Part shown: positions 61,414 through 64,000 of the stretch, piece by piece
Layout: each line of letters opens with the position of its first letter
Position numbering within the stretch: position 1 is the stretch's first letter
NCBI GenBank assembly: GCA_964248365.1
Contig: CAXTYC010000017.1
Location: 32,001-96,000, forward strand
Length of the DNA stretch: 64,000 nt
DNA from: an uncultured Chroococcidiopsis sp.
GTDB taxonomy: Bacteria; Cyanobacteriota; Cyanobacteriia; Cyanobacteriales; Chroococcidiopsidaceae
Reading direction: 5' to 3'
The notes under the pieces: model-generated
The model's input: only the letters and a program-made list of their open reading frames with translations
Database searches by the model: none
Told to the model about the DNA's origin: nothing
Program-made: the position numbers and the translations under genes

Positions 61414-63387
61414 CTAATTTTGCCGGATGTACTGCAAAATACCGCGAACGATCGCCTCAGCCATTTGATTTTGGTAATCCGAAGTTGCCAGTTTAGGAGC
61501 GTCTTCACGACCCGTCACAAAACCAACTTCCACTAAAACAGCAGGCATTGAACTCTTCCTTAATACATAAAATCTAGCTTTTCGCACATGGCGATCGTGG
61601 ATATTAACATTTTGCAAAATGTTGTTATGAATTGTCTGAGCTAGACGATTACCACTGTCGAAATAATACGTCTCCAAACCACTGACATCAGGACGGGTAG
61701 GAAGGGAATTAGCGTGAATACTAACAAACAAGTCGGCATTTGCCCGCTCTGCTATGTCTACTCGTGGTTGTAAATCAACGAAATAGTCAGAATCTCGCGT
61801 CAGTACGGCTTGAATGCCCTTTTCCTCCAAAAGCTGGGCTATCCGTTTGGAAATTGGTAAAATTATATTCTTTTCTTGCAGCCCACCAATCCCAATCGCG
61901 CCTGGGTCTTTACCTCCATGTCCAGGGTCAACGATCACGACAAGCCGCCCCTTACGAGCCAAAGGTCGTGCTGGTGGTCGCTTGATTTCTGGTGGTGGCG
62001 ATGGCGCAGAAATAGAAGTATTAGAATTTGGGTTAGTAGAGGAGGGCGGTGTCAATACAAGAGAAGAGCGTTGTAACTCTAGAGATAACAACTCCGGTCT
62101 AGGCTGCTCGATATCCCTCACTCGCACCCCTGCTGCTGGCTGTACCAAAATCGTTACCGTTCGGGGGTCAGTTTGACGTAAACGTACTCTTAGTACAGGA
62201 CTGCTAGCGTCTAGGGATGGTCCTTTAACTGAAGAAGCTAACTGAGCATTGGTAACAGTGATGCTGTAAGAGGCAGATTGACGATCCCAGCCGCTGGCAT
62301 AAGTGATGATTTGATCGGCTTTGATCAGCAGTTGTGTTCCATCTCCAGACAGTTCTATAGACCCAATAGTTGCTAAGTCTGGTGAGGCTTGGGAAAGTGG
62401 AGCTGATTGTCTGTTCTCTTGTGTTGCTAGCGGCTGACTATTGGTGGGTAGCAAGACTATACCACCAAATTGACCACGTAAGTTACTATCGCTTGCCCTC
62501 CAGTTCGGGCTATCTGGATTTACCTCCATTGTCATACGGACAATGGGCGGCGAACTTTGTATTTGGGTCAGCTTGATACTATTAATGCCATAGCGATCGT
62601 CCAACAGTTTTGGCTGAACAAAGCGCGGTGATAGGGTTGCGCCTTTGAGGTCAATATTAATGTTGGTTTGGTCAGAGCTTCGATTGAGTTGAATGTCAGG
62701 GCTACCACTACCAGTAGTACGGATAAAAAATCCATCTCCTGTGGGTAGTACTCTCTGCACTTGAAGGGTGTCTGAAGCTGGGGCATCAGATACCGTGTCC
62801 CGAGCAACTTTATTTACAACCAAACGTCTAGGTTTAGAATCGGGCTGGGTAGGTGTAATTACTGAGAATAACTTTCTAGGGGAGGAAGCGGTGGCGGCTT
62901 GCGTGATTGGCGGTTGTGGCGCTGCTAAGCTACTGGGCTTAGATGCTTGCTCTAGCGGTGCTTGTGGTGCTGGGGCGGTTGGGGCTGAGGTAGTTGCTAC
63001 TTTTTCAGGACGAGGTAGCTGTACCGTCCAGTTGCTAGGGGAAGCACCGTGAAATTTCACTTGCCCAGGGTCTAGATGATAACCTGGACTTAGTTCAATC
63101 ACAAGCCGAGTTGTTGTTTTATCAACCTGCCCAACGCGGATAGAGCGATAGACACCGCCGATGTTCTTCTTTACGGTTGTCCGCTTCAAATCTGTCCCTG
63201 GTAAATCAATCACCAAACGTGTTGGGTTGAAAACCACTTTTGCCTTGGGTTGAACCTTGCCCTGGGTTTTAATTTCCAGCTTGTTGTACTTAGCATTAAA
63301 ATGCCAAGCATTCAGTCTCGCTGCGGAAGCAGGAGACGAAAGTAGAAAAATGCTCAAAGTACTGGGTAATAGCCAGTATAATTTCAC
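61414..63387 (-). CDS. amiC: N-acetylmuramoyl-L-alanine amidase AmiC (AMIN domains + Amidase_3)
   Basis: Signal peptide, PTRLVIDL AMIN motif, DPGHGGKDPGA, SIHAN, LVEVGF; adjacent to murI. Confidence 0.93.
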   Translation of the reverse strand: MKLYWLLPSTLSIFLLSSPASAARLNAWHFNAKYNKLEIKTQGKVQPKAKVVFNPTRLVIDLPGTDLKRTTVKKNIGGVYRSIRVGQVDKTTTRLVIELSPGYHLDPGQVKFHGASPSNWTVQLPRPEKVATTSAPTAPAPQAPLEQASKPSSLAAPQPPITQAATASSPRKLFSVITPTQPDSKPRRLVVNKVARDTVSDAPASDTLQVQRVLPTGDGFFIRTTGSGSPDIQLNRSSDQTNINIDLKGATLSPRFVQPKLLDDRYGINSIKLTQIQSSPPIVRMTMEVNPDSPNWRASDSNLRGQFGGIVLLPTNSQPLATQENRQSAPLSQASPDLATIGSIELSGDGTQLLIKADQIITYASGWDRQSASYSITVTNAQLASSVKGPSLDASSPVLRVRLRQTDPRTVTILVQPAAGVRVRDIEQPRPELLSLELQRSSLVLTPPSSTNPNSNTSISAPSPPPEIKRPPARPLARKGRLVVIVDPGHGGKDPGAIGIGGLQEKNIILPISKRIAQLLEEKGIQAVLTRDSDYFVDLQPRVDIAERANADLFVSIHANSLPTRPDVSGLETYYFDSGNRLAQTIHNNILQNVNIHDRHVRKARFYVLRKSSMPAVLVEVGFVTGREDAPKLATSDYQNQMAEAIVRGILQYIRQN

Positions 63388-63832
63388 GGTACTTTCTCCT
63401 TATTCGCATTCATCCGATGCAGTCAACGTCTCCTGAAGTTGGCGCTTCACTCCATCAAATATTGAACTTTTTGCCCTATGCCGACCATGAGTATATACGA
63501 GTAATCAGTAGATAGCTGAAATTGGATTTAAACATACTATGAAATGCTCTCATCCGATCTGACGCGAAACATTGATTTTCGTTCTCACAAGGGTTAGCGA
63601 TGCCTTAGGGCGAACCATAATCAACTGAGCTACCAATTTACAGAAAAATTAATTGAATAGCAAAGGTTTTTGTAGTATAATTTAATCCTTTTTAACCGAT
63701 AGTGGGCGTTAATGCCTCCCTTGTTCAGCAAAAAAATTTGTCAATTGGTCAATATATTGCAGCAATACGTCGGTTGTGGTTGAATTTTGCCGTTTACCGT
63801 CCTGCTAATGACATCAAAATTTACAAATAAGG

Positions 63833-63975
63833 GGGCTAGGGGCTAGGGGCTGGGGACTAGGGGAAGCCTGTGGCAGGGTAAAGGGTAAAAGTAATTCGTA
63901 ATTCGTAATTCGTAATTCGTAGTTAATCATTCTCCCCCTCCTCTTCTAGCCCCTAGCCCCTAGCCCCCAGCCCCT
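63833..63975. repeat. STRR cluster (GGGGCTA)n / (GTAATTC)n / (TAGCCCC)n
   Basis: Tandem heptamers, with inverted outer arrays. Confidence 0.85.
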
Positions 63976-64000
63976 ATTTGGGTGATGCCTGAGTACCTGT

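Overview
A cyanobacterial chromosome segment. The evidence is psbA, nblA, abundant HIP1 octamers (GCGATCGC) and many 7-9 bp short tandem repeats, so a Chroococcidiopsis/Nostocales-like lineage is plausible but not provable here. Most of the window is housekeeping: sphR-sphS-phoU, an SLH porin, mlaF/mlaD, mutT, a group 2 sigma factor, carB, dps, malic enzyme, psbA, cofG, hflX, pgl, sds, murI and amiC. Two small accessory islands stand out. (1) About 8.1-12.0 kb holds an HNH-fused SF2 helicase followed by a winged-helix-like protein, with a perfect cyanobacterial LexA box between them. (2) About 26.4-30.0 kb holds an Mrr-type nuclease-ParA fusion divergent from a fused GmrSD (DUF262-DUF1524). 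Other notable signals are a D1 protein with Gln at the conserved Thr179, a probable ATC start codon for hflX, a small dispersed repeat inserted in frame in three proteins, phoX and acrB remnants, and an unannotated 30-aa membrane peptide ORF. No rRNA, tRNA, CRISPR array or intact transposase was recognised. All family calls come from motif reading, not database searches.
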